64,000 bases of DNA from Candidatus Poribacteria bacterium (GCA_963665845.2 OY762492.1:64001-128000); one strand, 5' to 3'. Positions 1-9,793 are shown, counted from the first letter of the stretch. Notes: a model not told the origin generated them from the sequence alone. Translations and numbers: made by a program.

Positions 1-3000
1 GATATTCGTCGCTGAAAAGAGGAGCCGTTCCCCAAAAAGCGAGAACGGCAGCAGCAGAAACAGGTAGAACATGACGCCGCGGATCACATCGTTGCCGGTC
101 GCTTTGACGTCTGGATAGGCGATCGATTCGTTGCCCCATCCCGCGCGCGCCTTTTTGAGCGCCGCAGAGTATTCGTTCGCCGCGAGCAGCGTCTCCGCCT
201 CGTTCAGCAGGCGCGCCGCTTCGCCATGCAGCTCCTCTAGGCGCTGGTTGCTGATGCCGTAACGTCTGTACATGCCGATGCGCGCCTCGTCCAGACGCCA
301 CATGTCCTGAACGACCACATACGGCGTGACGCGGATGGAGCCGTTTTCAAGCGCCAGATACCCTTCGCCTGTGTAAAGCGTCGGGTTTTCGACGTTCGTC
401 TCGGTCGCCTTCACCAGAAGCAGCAGCTTGCCGAGCAGCCCCGACGTCATGCTGATTTTGACGCGCGCGCCCGGTTCCGAATAGACCAGCGCGATCGGCT
501 CCGCCGCGGACACCATCGGCTGCGACCATGGCGCGGACGCCCCGTAACGCTCCGGCGGCGCGTCCCGAAAAGCGTCAAACACCTGCAGAGAGGTCAGCGT
601 ACGCAGATAGCGCTGGTCGACAAGATCGTAGATCGTGGTGCTGACGCATGGAAACGCGACCACATTTGCGCCGACGCGCCGGCGGTTCACGGCCACATTG
701 CGCGGATAGATCTTGTCGCCGAACTCGCCCAGGTCGGGCGCATACGCAATATCGCCCGAATCTTTGTCGAGAACAAACGCCTCGACCGTTTGCCGCCCGC
801 CTGGACGGCGCGTCGCCCTGCCCTCCATCGCCAAGCCGCTGACGACATACTTGCCTTTCTGGTTGCCTAATACGGTCAGGTCGCCGCGGACGCCCATCAT
901 CGTTTTGTTGCGGCGGCGCACGATGACGACCGCGTCCTGAACGGGCGTCTGCGGAACGGCGCTCTCCCGCGCGTCATACTCGACGACACGCCCGGTGAGC
1001 GTCACATAAAAGTTGCCGACGCGCGCCGAGGTCGGCATCTTCGGATCGCGCAGCGTCTGAACCATGAGAGACGCGAGCGTCTGTACCTGCTCGCTTAGGT
1101 TTTCAAAGTTGAGCCTGTCGTAGGTGTCCAGCGGCGTGTCGGTATAAACGCGCCCGTCGTTCACGGTGGCGAACGCGATTCCTGTTTTGCCGGACAGCGT
1201 CGCCACCTCCGAGTCGAAGGCGATCTTGCCGGGGATGTAGGTCTGCCAAGTGTTGCCGCCGCTGGCGCTGATGGCGTTCACAAAGTTGGTCTCGGAGCGG
1301 ATGCCCGCCATGCTTGTCAAGGCGCGCAGGTCGCTGATCTCCTCCTCCGTCAGCTCTTCGATGGGAACATTCTTGAGCGCCAGCATCTTTTCAACGCGCG
1401 CGAAAAGCCGTTTCGTCGATTTGCGGCGGCGGCGCGTCTCGCGTATGTCGTTGCGGACGAACCGCTCCGCCTCCTTGCGGATGTAGTCGATGTCTTTCAA
1501 CATCGTTTTGGACGGCTCGCCTTTCTCGCGCATGTCTTCAAACTGCAGCTTCATCAAACGGCTCACGCCGCCGAGCGTTTTGAGCGTGTCGTAATGGTCA
1601 AAGACAAGCGTTTCAAGCGTCTTGCCTTCCAGCTCCTCCAGCGCCGCTAAGCGGTCGGCGACCGCCCATTGACTTGTTAAAATCGCCTGTTTGATATGGT
1701 CGTCGGGAAATTTGCGCAGCGTCTCAAGGTTCCGCTTCAGGTTCGCGTTCAACGCATATTCGGACAGCTTATTGCCGATGGGGGCATATTCTCGGCGCAG
1801 GCTGAATTCGCGGTTGTCGTCGTAAAACCAGCCCTTGTAAAAGACGCCGAAATCTTTGCTCTGCGTTGACAAATCCAGCGAGACGACAAGCGACTGATAA
1901 TACTGCCCCAGTTCCTGTTGAAGCTGAAGCGACTGAATCACATTGCCGATGCGTTCTGAATACTCCGCCGTGTCGATGCGCGAGAGCCGCTCCACACGTT
2001 TATGTACATTCCGCACGCGCGAGTTGCGCATCGTCAGGAGGTTGTTGCGCAGGAGCCGTTTTTCGTCTTCGTTGTATGCTCTGTCCATGGAGGGCAGCTC
2101 TTGTGCCAGGCGGTTCAGCTCCAAGATGTCGTTGCGCGCCTGACGCAGCGCCTTTTCCAGAAGCGATTTTTCCTCATGCTCCGCGAACAGCTGGCGGCGC
2201 GCCGTCTCCAGCGTTTTCATGTCTTCTTGAGATAAATGGCGGCGAAGGGCAAGCCGTTCTTCATGGCGAAACTCGCGCTGGAGCCTGTCCGACTCCGACA
2301 GCGTCAACAGCTGCTCAATGCGGCGCGGCTCCCACTCAATGCGCCGGCGGGCGATCTCCAGATAGCGCGCCGCCTCGCGGGACGCCGCCTCCTTCGCCTT
2401 CGGGTCGCGCATCTCTTCGTATATGCGCCCCATTGCCGCCAGTTCGTCTTCGGTTAAGTACATCTCCAGCAGACGTTTCGCGTCTCGAAACGACCCGTCC
2501 AGCAAGCCGTCCATCGCTTCTATGTCGGCGTCGCGTTCGCCGGAGGTTTCAAACGCGGCCGCCGATTCCAGCGCCGTATTCAGCAGCCGCCTCTCGTCGG
2601 ACAGGTAGCTCTCGCTGTCCAGTTCCCGCTCATGCAGCGCGGCGCGCGCCCGGCGAATGCGCCCCAGCTCCAGCGCTGTCAGGTGCCGTCCGAGTATCTT
2701 GTCGGGGACATACATGCGGGCGATGCGCCCTCTTTCGATCTCCCAATCTTCCAGCGCCTGCGGCTCCGCTAGGCTTGCCAGCGCCTCGTTCGGGTCGATC
2801 TGTCCGTAGCCCGGTATGGCGGCGGTCGGCATCTGCGGGGCGGAACTCAACAGTTCGGCGCGCAGATAAAGCGGGAGAATCGAATCGGTTTCATCGCGCG
2901 GATATTCGCCGCCGTATTCCCCCTTCGCCAGGCTTTCGGCGATGGCGTCCATCGCCCAGACATCCACCTTCGCCAACGGCAGCGCAATGTCGATGATCTG

Positions 3001-4983
3001 CCGCCGCTCCGTGTCGCGCGCCTGCCGCAAGGCGGCCGCTTTCAAGTCGCCGACGCGCGCCGCGATGCCCTTTAAAAACTGCGCCGTCTGAATGCCTAAA
3101 AACTCCGCCCGCGCCAAACCGGTGTCCAGAAGGGCGCGCTCCTCGTCGGTGAACTCCTGGCGGTCGCGGTTTTTGGAAAGGTCAACCGTCGTGCGTTTCC
3201 GCTCATCCTCTTTAAAGGAGCGCTGCTGCTCCTTTAACCGATCCACGCGCGACTGAACGGCGCTCAAATCTTCTAAACTCAACTCAACCGATTTCAGATC
3301 GGTCGACAGCGCCTCCACCCGGTGAAAGAAGGCGGGCGGAAACTCGACCAGATAGCCGCGGTCAATCGACAGCGCGATCTTGCGCCCCAGCTCGGAAAAC
3401 TCGATGGCGTCGGAATTCAGGTCGCGCCGAAGTTCCCGCATCGCCTCGACATTGTCTTGACTCAACCCCTCCATGAAAGCGCGCATGCCTGACAAGCCTG
3501 AAAAATGCCCTCCCGTCGCCAAAAACAGCGCCGAACGGCTAGGGCGGAATTCCGGCTGGCTCAAGAGGCGTATCAGTTCCAGCATCGCTGCGATGCCGCT
3601 GGTCGTCTGCGCTCCCGGCGCCAGAGACGGAACGACCGACATCGAATCGTAATAGGTCTGAATGACAATCAGCTCGTCGCGGAGAGACGGATCGCTCCCG
3701 CGCAGAAGCCCCGTGATGTTCTGCCCCTGCCGGCTTTCCCAGCGCACATCGCAGGTGAGCTGGGCGTCCAAAGCCGCGCCGGCGTCCATCTCTTTCAATA
3801 AAAATTCGGCGTCGTCGCGTCCGATCCAGAAGCGGGGAATGCTTGCCGGCACCGTCAAAAACTTGTTCTCCGCCGCGCCGCGCAAGGTGTCTTCAGGCTC
3901 TATGAACAAGACCGCCTGCGCGCCCAGCATCGCGGCGTTGATCCAGTTGGAGCTGGCGTTGAAGTCGATGAGAGCGACGGCGCCCTGCGGTATGAAAAGG
4001 GAAGCTTCGTCCGCCTTGGCGGGGTCTTCATCCGCCGTTTCGTCAATGTTACCGTCCTCGTCGTTGTCGATCCCGTCGGACGCCCAGCCGGCGATGGTGG
4101 AGAGTGGATCGATTTCGCCGTCCTCATCGATTTCGCCGTCTCCGTCGTTGTCGATGCCGTCCGTTGAGCGGCTCAAATGCAGGTTTAGGATGTCGTCCAG
4201 AATGGCGCCGGTCGTCACGCGGTGGCGGCGCGCGACCGACTCCAACGTGTCGCCCGGTTGAACAGAGACCCAGAAGCCGCCGATCGGCTGCCCGTCAAAA
4301 TCGGACAGGTCGCCTGTCCCGCCGTATGCCAAACGCCCTTCAAGCCCGCCTGTTGGGATGAAGATCGGCGCGCCTTCTACAGGCGTGATCTCTCCGTCCA
4401 GATCGGCGTCGTCCACATAGCCGTCGTTGTCGTTGTCTAAGCCGTCGCTGCGTTGACCGCGGAGGGAGGCGTTGCGCGGGTCGTTCACGATGGCGTCCGC
4501 GCTGACGCGGTAGTCGGAGGCGAGGGAGGCTAACGTTTCGCCCTGCCCGACGCGCCGTTTCAACCCGTTCGGAATGAAGGAGGTGCGCGCCAAATTCGGC
4601 CAGATCGAACGCACATCAATCTGGCGCAGTACCGTTCCGTTTGATGAGACGGTCAGGCGTCCGCTTTCGCGTTCCACGGGCGTTGCGACGGAGAAGGAGC
4701 GCGACTCAACCTCCTCTAGCCCAAGATCATGGAACCGGTCGAACACATACTTTGCGGCGCTGTCGGCTCCTGGGTAGCCGACGATGCGCGACTCCAGCGC
4801 CGTTAGACGCGCCATATCGCGTTTGATCCGATCGATCTCGACGGCTTGCCGAATCGCTTCCGCGTCCTCGGAGAGCGTCAACTTGGAACGCTGCGCATGC
4901 GAGGAGATAAACGGGAGCGCCGCCAGCGCCAGAAGAACGGCAAGCAAGAGCCGCTTTTTTTCAGAACCGCAAATCGTTTTCAT
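1..4983 (-). CDS. Very large exported/membrane protein (partial, runs off left edge): signal peptide, 2 LysM-like modules, DGxDNDxDGxxD repeats, M28-peptidase-like domain with long helical insertion, start of a TM region (FtsX-like permease fusion family)
   Basis: Hand translation from ATG 4983 (MKTICGSEKKRLLLAVLLALAALP...). The segments read are open and in frame with positions 1-3 (...DVIRGVMFYLFLLLPFSLFGERLLF). Motifs: VGQGETLASLA, VQPGDTLESVARRH, DGIDNDGDGEIDE, NITGLLRG..ELIVIQTYYDS. Absent from the ORF track because no stop lies in the window. Confidence 0.8.
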   Translation of the reverse strand, partial: MKTICGSEKKRLLLAVLLALAALPFISSHAQRSKLTLSEDAEAIRQAVEIDRIKRDMARLTALESRIVGYPGADSAAKYVFDRFHDLGLEEVESRSFSVATPVERESGRLTVSSNGTVLRQIDVRSIWPNLARTSFIPNGLKRRVGQGETLASLASDYRVSADAIVNDPRNASLRGQRSDGLDNDNDGYVDDADLDGEITPVEGAPIFIPTGGLEGRLAYGGTGDLSDFDGQPIGGFWVSVQPGDTLESVARRHRVTTGAILDDILNLHLSRSTDGIDNDGDGEIDEDGEIDPLSTIAGWASDGIDNDEDGNIDETADEDPAKADEASLFIPQGAVALIDFNASSNWINAAMLGAQAVLFIEPEDTLRGAAENKFLTVPASIPRFWIGRDDAEFLLKEMDAGAALDAQLTCDVRWESRQGQNITGLLRGSDPSLRDELIVIQTYYDSMSVVPSLAPGAQTTSGIAAMLELIRLLSQPEFRPSRSALFLATGGHFSGLSGMRAFMEGLSQDNVEAMRELRRDLNSDAIEFSELGRKIALSIDRGYLVEFPPAFFHRVEALSTDLKSVELSLEDLSAVQSRVDRLKEQQRSFKEDERKRTTVDLSKNRDRQEFTDEERALLDTGLARAEFLGIQTAQFLKGIAARVGDLKAAALRQARDTERRQIIDIALPLAKVDVWAMDAIAESLAKGEYGGEYPRDETDSILPLYLRAELLSSAPQMPTAAIPGYGQIDPNEALASLAEPQALEDWEIERGRIARMYVPDKILGRHLTALELGRIRRARAALHERELDSESYLSDERRLLNTALESAAAFETSGERDADIEAMDGLLDGSFRDAKRLLEMYLTEDELAAMGRIYEEMRDPKAKEAASREAARYLEIARRRIEWEPRRIEQLLTLSESDRLQREFRHEERLALRRHLSQEDMKTLETARRQLFAEHEEKSLLEKALRQARNDILELNRLAQELPSMDRAYNEDEKRLLRNNLLTMRNSRVRNVHKRVERLSRIDTAEYSERIGNVIQSLQLQQELGQYYQSLVVSLDLSTQSKDFGVFYKGWFYDDNREFSLRREYAPIGNKLSEYALNANLKRNLETLRKFPDDHIKQAILTSQWAVADRLAALEELEGKTLETLVFDHYDTLKTLGGVSRLMKLQFEDMREKGEPSKTMLKDIDYIRKEAERFVRNDIRETRRRRKSTKRLFARVEKMLALKNVPIEELTEEEISDLRALTSMAGIRSETNFVNAISASGGNTWQTYIPGKIAFDSEVATLSGKTGIAFATVNDGRVYTDTPLDTYDRLNFENLSEQVQTLASLMVQTLRDPKMPTSARVGNFYVTLTGRVVEYDARESAVPQTPVQDAVVIVRRRNKTMMGVRGDLTVLGNQKGKYVVSGLAMEGRATRRPGGRQTVEAFVLDKDSGDIAYAPDLGEFGDKIYPRNVAVNRRRVGANVVAFPCVSTTIYDLVDQRYLRTLTSLQVFDAFRDAPPERYGASAPWSQPMVSAAEPIALVYSEPGARVKISMTSGLLGKLLLLVKATETNVENPTLYTGEGYLALENGSIRVTPYVVVQDMWRLDEARIGMYRRYGISNQRLEELHGEAARLLNEAETLLAANEYSAALKKARAGWGNESIAYPDVKATGNDVIRGVMFYLFLLLPFSLFGERLLFSATNI

Positions 4984-5029
4984 ACCGCGTTATGCCAACT
5001 TTCGATGGTCGCCTCAACACACAGCCTAC

Positions 5030-5058
5030 ACTATACGCGAATGCGGACGCAATGTCAA
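5030..5058 (-). promoter_or_regulatory. sigma70-like promoter for the large gene
   Basis: TTGACA-17-TATAGT on the minus strand. Confidence 0.6.
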
Positions 5059-5067
5059 CCGGACTTC

Positions 5068-5236
5068 CTGACCTTACGTCTTAAGTTGGGACATGTCGGC
5101 ATGCGAACGCGGACGTCTTCTGCGGCGGTCTCTGGATTCCCGCTTGCGCGGGAATGGCGACCTGGTTAGCAACGTCTTTTTCCCATGAATAAAGACTTTG
5201 GTCGTTCAAATGTCCCAACTTTCTGCATGAGGTCAG
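5068..5236. mobile_element. MITE family A, copy 1
   Basis: Imperfect TIRs CTGACCTTACGTCTTAAGTTGGGACAT...ATGTCCCAACTTTCTGCATGAGGTCAG; internal GATTCCCGCTTGCGCGGGAAT palindrome; similar copies at 13059, 35784 and 44017. Confidence 0.8.
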
Positions 5237-5309
5237 ACAGCGCCGCTTGACGCAGACGCCCCAACATTCTATCCTCTCAACAGAAGACGCCTATATTGAA
5301 GGGTGAAAC

Positions 5310-5699
5310 ATGAGTCGATGCCCCCATTGCGGCGCAGATGTCAACAACGTTTCTACGACCGCTTCACAGGGCGGCGCGTCAACCTGCGGCGAATGCGGCG
5401 GCGCGCTGGAACAGACGCGGCATGAAGACGCCCCCGCCATGGTGGAGCGCATCGACTGGGTGAAGGCGGTCGGCGCGCCGCACCCGGTCGCCGGCGTCAT
5501 GCTGATGGGCGTTCTGGAGGCGGCGGAGATCCCCGCGCGGCTAGAGGAACGCTCCATCCCGGCATACGGCGCCATACCGAGCTCATGGAACGAAGACGCA
5601 TGGGGAATCATCTATGTCCCCGCCGAATACGCCGCCGAGGCGACTAGAGAGATTGAGGCGTATCTGAAGGCGCTGGACCTAGACGCGCATTCCGAATAA
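5310..5699 (+). CDS. Zinc-ribbon + DUF2007-like (putative signal-transducing) small protein
   Basis: CPHC...CGEC, then LEAAEIPA...IYVPAEYAAEA; TTGACG-17-TATCCT promoter upstream (~5248). Confidence 0.7.
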   Translation: MSRCPHCGADVNNVSTTASQGGASTCGECGGALEQTRHEDAPAMVERIDWVKAVGAPHPVAGVMLMGVLEAAEIPARLEERSIPAYGAIPSSWNEDAWGIIYVPAEYAAEATREIEAYLKALDLDAHSE

Positions 5700-5781
5700 G
5701 CCGCAAATGGCTAAGAACGGCGCGAAGGCGCAGGTCGGATGGTTCCATCGGCGGTATGAGGAGCATGACCCCATGGCCGTT

Positions 5782-5811
5782 GAGCTGGGGGATAGCGCCT
5801 TCCCCCAGCTC
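5782..5811. terminator. Hairpin between convergent genes
   Basis: GAGCTGGGGGA-8nt-TCCCCCAGCTC, perfect 11-bp stem. Confidence 0.55.
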
Positions 5812-5825
5812 GCCGCTTCATGGCC

Positions 5826-6794
5826 TCATTCATTAATGACGCCAAAGTCCAACACCGTCAGCCGTAAATCTGGACTAGAAGGCTGAAGATCTTCAGGCTT
5901 GGGCTTAGGCCTCGGCCCCCGTAGTTGACTGCGTTCCCTCGCCCTGCGTTTTATCTCCTCGGGGCCTAGACCAATCCGCACCTCTTTCCAGCGGTTTTTC
6001 AGTTGGGGCGTTCTCATATCGACCATCCACGTTTGTAAGGCTGCGATAGCTTCCAGCGTCTCCGTATTTCCAGGGTCATGCGTCAGCTTGGTTTCCAACT
6101 CCGCGCAATCCTTTTCCATCTGCGCCAGCATCTGTCGACCCTCTTCCGTATCTGCAGGGACGTGCCGCGTTTGCCATATCACAACCACCTCCTCGTCATG
6201 GTCGAAGTAGTAACGCTCTCCGTTGGGGAGGCTGAGCGAGCCAGCCTTCAATGCCAGGGGCGGCAAACGACCCGCGCGGACAAGAAATCGTGTCGTCCCG
6301 TACTCTTTCAATGGCATCCTTTTTTCCGTCCGTTCTTCCATCGGCACGGAGTCAGAATACGGCAGGTACTGTTCCAACGCCTCAGCGAGAGCGGGGTCTT
6401 CTCTACCGATAAAGATTTTTTCTTGGACGTCATGGAATGCTTGCGACTCCGCTTTATCCGGATCCACGCCCGCCGCTATCTGCGCGTCGTACTCAAGCCC
6501 AACCAGCTCCGCATAATGGTTCGCCGCGTCTTCCCAGCGTTCAAACTTGTACGGTCCCGTGTCCGATTCGGGCGCCCCCGAATCGGCGCTCGGCTCCCCG
6601 TCAGCCGCGGGCGTCTCCTGCGGCTGAACGGGAGATGGCGCCTCTTCCATCAATGCGGCGTCTCCGCCGTCGACGCCCTCCAAGGGCGTCGACGTTTCAG
6701 ACAGCATGGGATCGTCCCTCAACGAAAGCCAGATGAGCGCGGCAAGGAGAACTGCCGCCGCCAGCGCCGCGGCGATGGTTATTTTTCGAGTCAT
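5826..6794 (-). CDS. Hypothetical protein with N-terminal membrane anchor and acidic/Pro linker
   Basis: 322 aa; MTRKITIAAALAAAVLLAALIWLSL; RBS GAAAGGAGA. Confidence 0.75.
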   Translation of the reverse strand: MTRKITIAAALAAAVLLAALIWLSLRDDPMLSETSTPLEGVDGGDAALMEEAPSPVQPQETPAADGEPSADSGAPESDTGPYKFERWEDAANHYAELVGLEYDAQIAAGVDPDKAESQAFHDVQEKIFIGREDPALAEALEQYLPYSDSVPMEERTEKRMPLKEYGTTRFLVRAGRLPPLALKAGSLSLPNGERYYFDHDEEVVVIWQTRHVPADTEEGRQMLAQMEKDCAELETKLTHDPGNTETLEAIAALQTWMVDMRTPQLKNRWKEVRIGLGPEEIKRRARERSQLRGPRPKPKPEDLQPSSPDLRLTVLDFGVINE

Positions 6795-6822
6795 GTCAAG
6801 TCTCCTTTCTCGGACCCCTCAA

Positions 6823-7600
6823 TCAGGGAACGGGGCTGTCGAACCACGCGTTCAGATCTCCGGGTGTGGGCAGGCCTGTGACTGACGCCCTTCCCCATCC
6901 GGCGTGCTTGGCATCATGTTGCGCGTCGGAAGGCTTTATGCGAACGTACCCTGAGCCTTCTGTCTCGTCAGCAATGGTCTTGTCCGGGGAGTGCACATAC
7001 TCCCAATTCCATGTCTTTCCGTTCCAGATCCGGAGATAATCTCTCTCCATGACTACAGTCTCCTGCTCGCCCGTCATATTTGACCGGTTGACAACGGCGT
7101 CAATCCAGTAAGTCAGACGAAGAGTATATTTGCCCAACTTACCGCATGTCGCCGTCTCATCAAACCACGCGCTCGCATGTCCATGTGAATCAGCCTCCGT
7201 GTACCAATGCCAATACCGCTTTGATATTGGCGCTTGAGACGAGGAATTTATTCCGCCGACATTTTCGAGGGGCGCCCATTCCGCTGGGCCATGGCTCCCA
7301 TTCCCGCCAGTGTAGACGAGAGCGTAAAGGTGCTCAGGATTCGTTTGACGAACTCCTGAGTTCGAGTGGTGTTCGGCGTTTGAAATGGCATCGCCAAGGT
7401 TGCGGCCGCTGTAAAGGTACTCGTTTGTCGCGAACTGGTGCATGGATACGGGCCCGGTCTCTTGCTGCCATTCATGCGCGCTTGTGGTGAAGGCGAAGGC
7501 GAGCGAGAAGAAAAGGAAGAGAAGAACGGTCAGCCCAGAGCCAACCCAGTTGGCGCGAAAATTGTGTGTGTGTGGCTTGACATGTGTTTTGAAACATCAT
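6823..7600 (-). CDS. Orphan secreted protein; 5' end frameshifted at a (CA)6 tract (phase-variable, pseudogene or sequencing error)
   Basis: The frame of ORF 6823..7443 stays open upstream to a TGA at 7597 and encodes a signal-peptide-like stretch (RANWVGSGLTVLLFLFFSLAFAFTTSA/HEW) with no in-frame ATG. ATGs at 7600 (RBS GAAAGG) and 7583 are out of frame across (TG)6 at 7563-7574. Confidence 0.65.
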
Positions 7601-7660
7601 ACGTTGCCTTTCTCGTAAGTTATGTTGCGACGGTCAAGCTCATCTCGACCGCCTCCATTC

Positions 7661-7890
7661 ATCATAGCGGAAACTCGTTTGCTTGTCAACATCTTTTTGT
7701 CGGGCAACGAACTCCGCCTCACTTTGTATTCTAGCAGCGATTCGTTGCCGGGTCAATGTCTTTTCTCCGCGCAACGAATTCGCTCCAAAAATTATCGTAG
7801 CAGAGAATCTGACGCGCGTCAACAATCTTATCAACGCCCGCGAACTGTCCGCCGTATTTTCATCTTAGCAGAGACGCATGCGCGCGTCAA
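7661..7890 (-). promoter_or_regulatory. Four tandem sigma70-type promoters in a degenerate ~67-bp repeat
   Basis: TTGACA-17-TATGAT (7689-7661), TTGACC-17-TAGAAT (7756-7728), TTGACG-17-TACGAT (7822-7794), TTGACG-17-TAAGAT (7890-7862). Confidence 0.75.
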
Positions 7891-7928
7891 ACCTTATTAT
7901 TTCCGCGGAGGCGGGAAGGTCAAGCAAC

Positions 7929-8077
7929 GGCAGTACGCTCATGCGATGATGTTGATCACAGACGCCATATGGACGGCGTCTGCGACGCCTAAGATTCCCG
8001 TTTTCACGGGAATGACGACAGGCGGCGCGAGACGCTTTAGGGTTAAAAAATGAAGATCATCGCATGGGAGTACTGCC
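7929..8077. mobile_element. MITE family B, copy 1, with 8-bp target-site duplication
   Basis: TIRs GGCAGTACGCTCATGCGATGAT / ATCATCGCATGGGAGTACTGCC; CAAGCAAC on both sides (7921-7928, 8078-8085). Confidence 0.85.
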
Positions 8078-8147
8078 CAAGCAACCCGCCTCTTGACCCA
8101 AACGGCGCAGAAAGGCATCATATGTTCAAATATACGGAGAACGCTTT

Positions 8148-9068
8148 GTGAAAACCCGCTTCTTACAGCAGCTGAACCGAGACGTCTCATGCGTCGGTCT
8201 TGGAACGATGGTCTTTAGAACCGCCCCCCGTCCAGACGCCTTCGAAATGTTGGACGCATGGCGGGAGGCGGGCGGAAACCTGTTGGACGCCGCCGAAGTG
8301 TACGGCTCCGAACCGGCGATCGCCGACTGGTTTGAGGCGCGCGGGAACCGAGGCGAGATCGTCCTCTTAAACAAAGCGTGCATCGACCTGAACGAAATCG
8401 CGCCCGACGGAATCCGCCGAGGCGTCGCCGGCAACCTGGAACGGACGCGAACCGATTATATCGACATCTGGATGCTGCACCGCGACGACCCGTCCAAGCC
8501 GATAGAAATGATTGTGGAGAGCGTCAACGAACAGATCGACCTTGGCAAAATACGCGCCTGGGGCGGCTCCAACTGGACGACGCGCCGCATTATTGAAGCG
8601 AACGAATGCGCAGACAAGCGCGGACTTGTCGGCATGATCGGCTCCAGCGAAAACATCAGCCTCGCCGTTCCGAACGAGCCGCGCTGGGGCGGCGTCCGCT
8701 CCTTAGACGCCGACGACATTGCATGGCGGCGCGCGACGCAGTTTCCCGTTTTTTCATGGTCGGCGCAGGCGGGCGGCTTCTTCGGCGGGCAGTTCTCCCC
8801 CGACGACCGCTCCAACGGCGAGATGGTCCGCGTCTATTACTCGGACGAGAACTTTGCCAAGCTGGAGAGGGCGCGCCAGCTCGCCGACGAAAAAGGCGTC
8901 TCGGCGATACAGATCGCGCTCGCGTATCTGCTCGCGCTTGACTTTGCCGTCTATCCGCTGGTCGGACCGCGCAGCATGGCGGAATTAAGATCATGCATCG
9001 AAGGAGAGGCGGTTCAACTGACGCCTGACGAAGCGGCATGGCTCTCCCTCGAACAGAACGACCGATGA
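8148..9068 (+). CDS. Aldo/keto reductase
   Basis: GLGT, DAAEVYG, DYIDIWMLHRDD, GKIRAWGGSNW. Confidence 0.9.
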   Translation: MKTRFLQQLNRDVSCVGLGTMVFRTAPRPDAFEMLDAWREAGGNLLDAAEVYGSEPAIADWFEARGNRGEIVLLNKACIDLNEIAPDGIRRGVAGNLERTRTDYIDIWMLHRDDPSKPIEMIVESVNEQIDLGKIRAWGGSNWTTRRIIEANECADKRGLVGMIGSSENISLAVPNEPRWGGVRSLDADDIAWRRATQFPVFSWSAQAGGFFGGQFSPDDRSNGEMVRVYYSDENFAKLERARQLADEKGVSAIQIALAYLLALDFAVYPLVGPRSMAELRSCIEGEAVQLTPDEAAWLSLEQNDR

Positions 9069-9793
9069 CGAACGACAGCGGCATGTGGGGCGAAGACTAT
9101 TTTTTAGGAGAGATGCCCAGCCGCGAGGAGACGATCCCTGAGGCGGAGTTTCTGATGGAGGCGCTGGAGCTGACGCCTGACGACCGCGTCTTGGATGTGG
9201 CTTGCGGGGCGGGTCGGCATGCGCATTTGCTGGCGGAATGCGGCGTTCGCGTCGTCGGCGTGGACCGGTCGCTTCCGCTTTTGAAACGCGCGCGGGCTTC
9301 AAACTCCGCCGCGCTCTTTCTCCGCGCCGATATGCGCGCGCTGCCGTTTGTCGAGGCGTTCGACGCGGCGGTCTGTCTGTTCGCCTCCTTCGGCTTGCTG
9401 GGGTTAAAGGGAGACCAAGCGGCTCTGGCGTCCATCAGCGCCGCGCTGGCGCCGAACGGGATCGCGCTCATTGAAACCTGGAACCCGTATGCCGCCGCGC
9501 AGCTGGACGGACGGCGCAACTGGTGGAGAACGGACGACGCGCTCTATCTCGCCGAGGCGGAATTCGACGCGCTGGAGGGCAAGGCGCGCGACGCGCGAAT
9601 CGTCATGCCCCTGCGCGGAGCCGCCCGTTCTTGGACGCGCGAGACCCGTTTCTACACCGCGCCTGAACTGCGCGCGATGGCGGAATCGGCGGGCTTGCGT
9701 CCGATGCGCTGGTTCGGCGATTTTGACGGAAGCCCCTACGCCGCCGACTCGCCGAGACTCATCGCCGCGTTTGAAAAGGTTCGCGCATCATGA
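9065..9793 (+). CDS. Class I SAM-dependent methyltransferase
   Basis: VLDVACGAGRH, GVDRS, ADMRALPF; ATGA overlap with the upstream gene. Confidence 0.9.
   Translation: MTNDSGMWGEDYFLGEMPSREETIPEAEFLMEALELTPDDRVLDVACGAGRHAHLLAECGVRVVGVDRSLPLLKRARASNSAALFLRADMRALPFVEAFDAAVCLFASFGLLGLKGDQAALASISAALAPNGIALIETWNPYAAAQLDGRRNWWRTDDALYLAEAEFDALEGKARDARIVMPLRGAARSWTRETRFYTAPELRAMAESAGLRPMRWFGDFDGSPYAADSPRLIAAFEKVRAS

Noticed and set aside
1866-2996. 376-aa + strand ORF and other ORFs in 347-5169
   Set aside because: Shadow frames of the large minus-strand gene; low-complexity Arg/Pro/Ala composition
7661-7890. CRISPR-like geometry (29-nt units, 37-39-nt spacers)
   Set aside because: Units are too divergent, the spacers resemble each other, and no cas genes are present; the conserved positions are exactly the -35/-10 boxes
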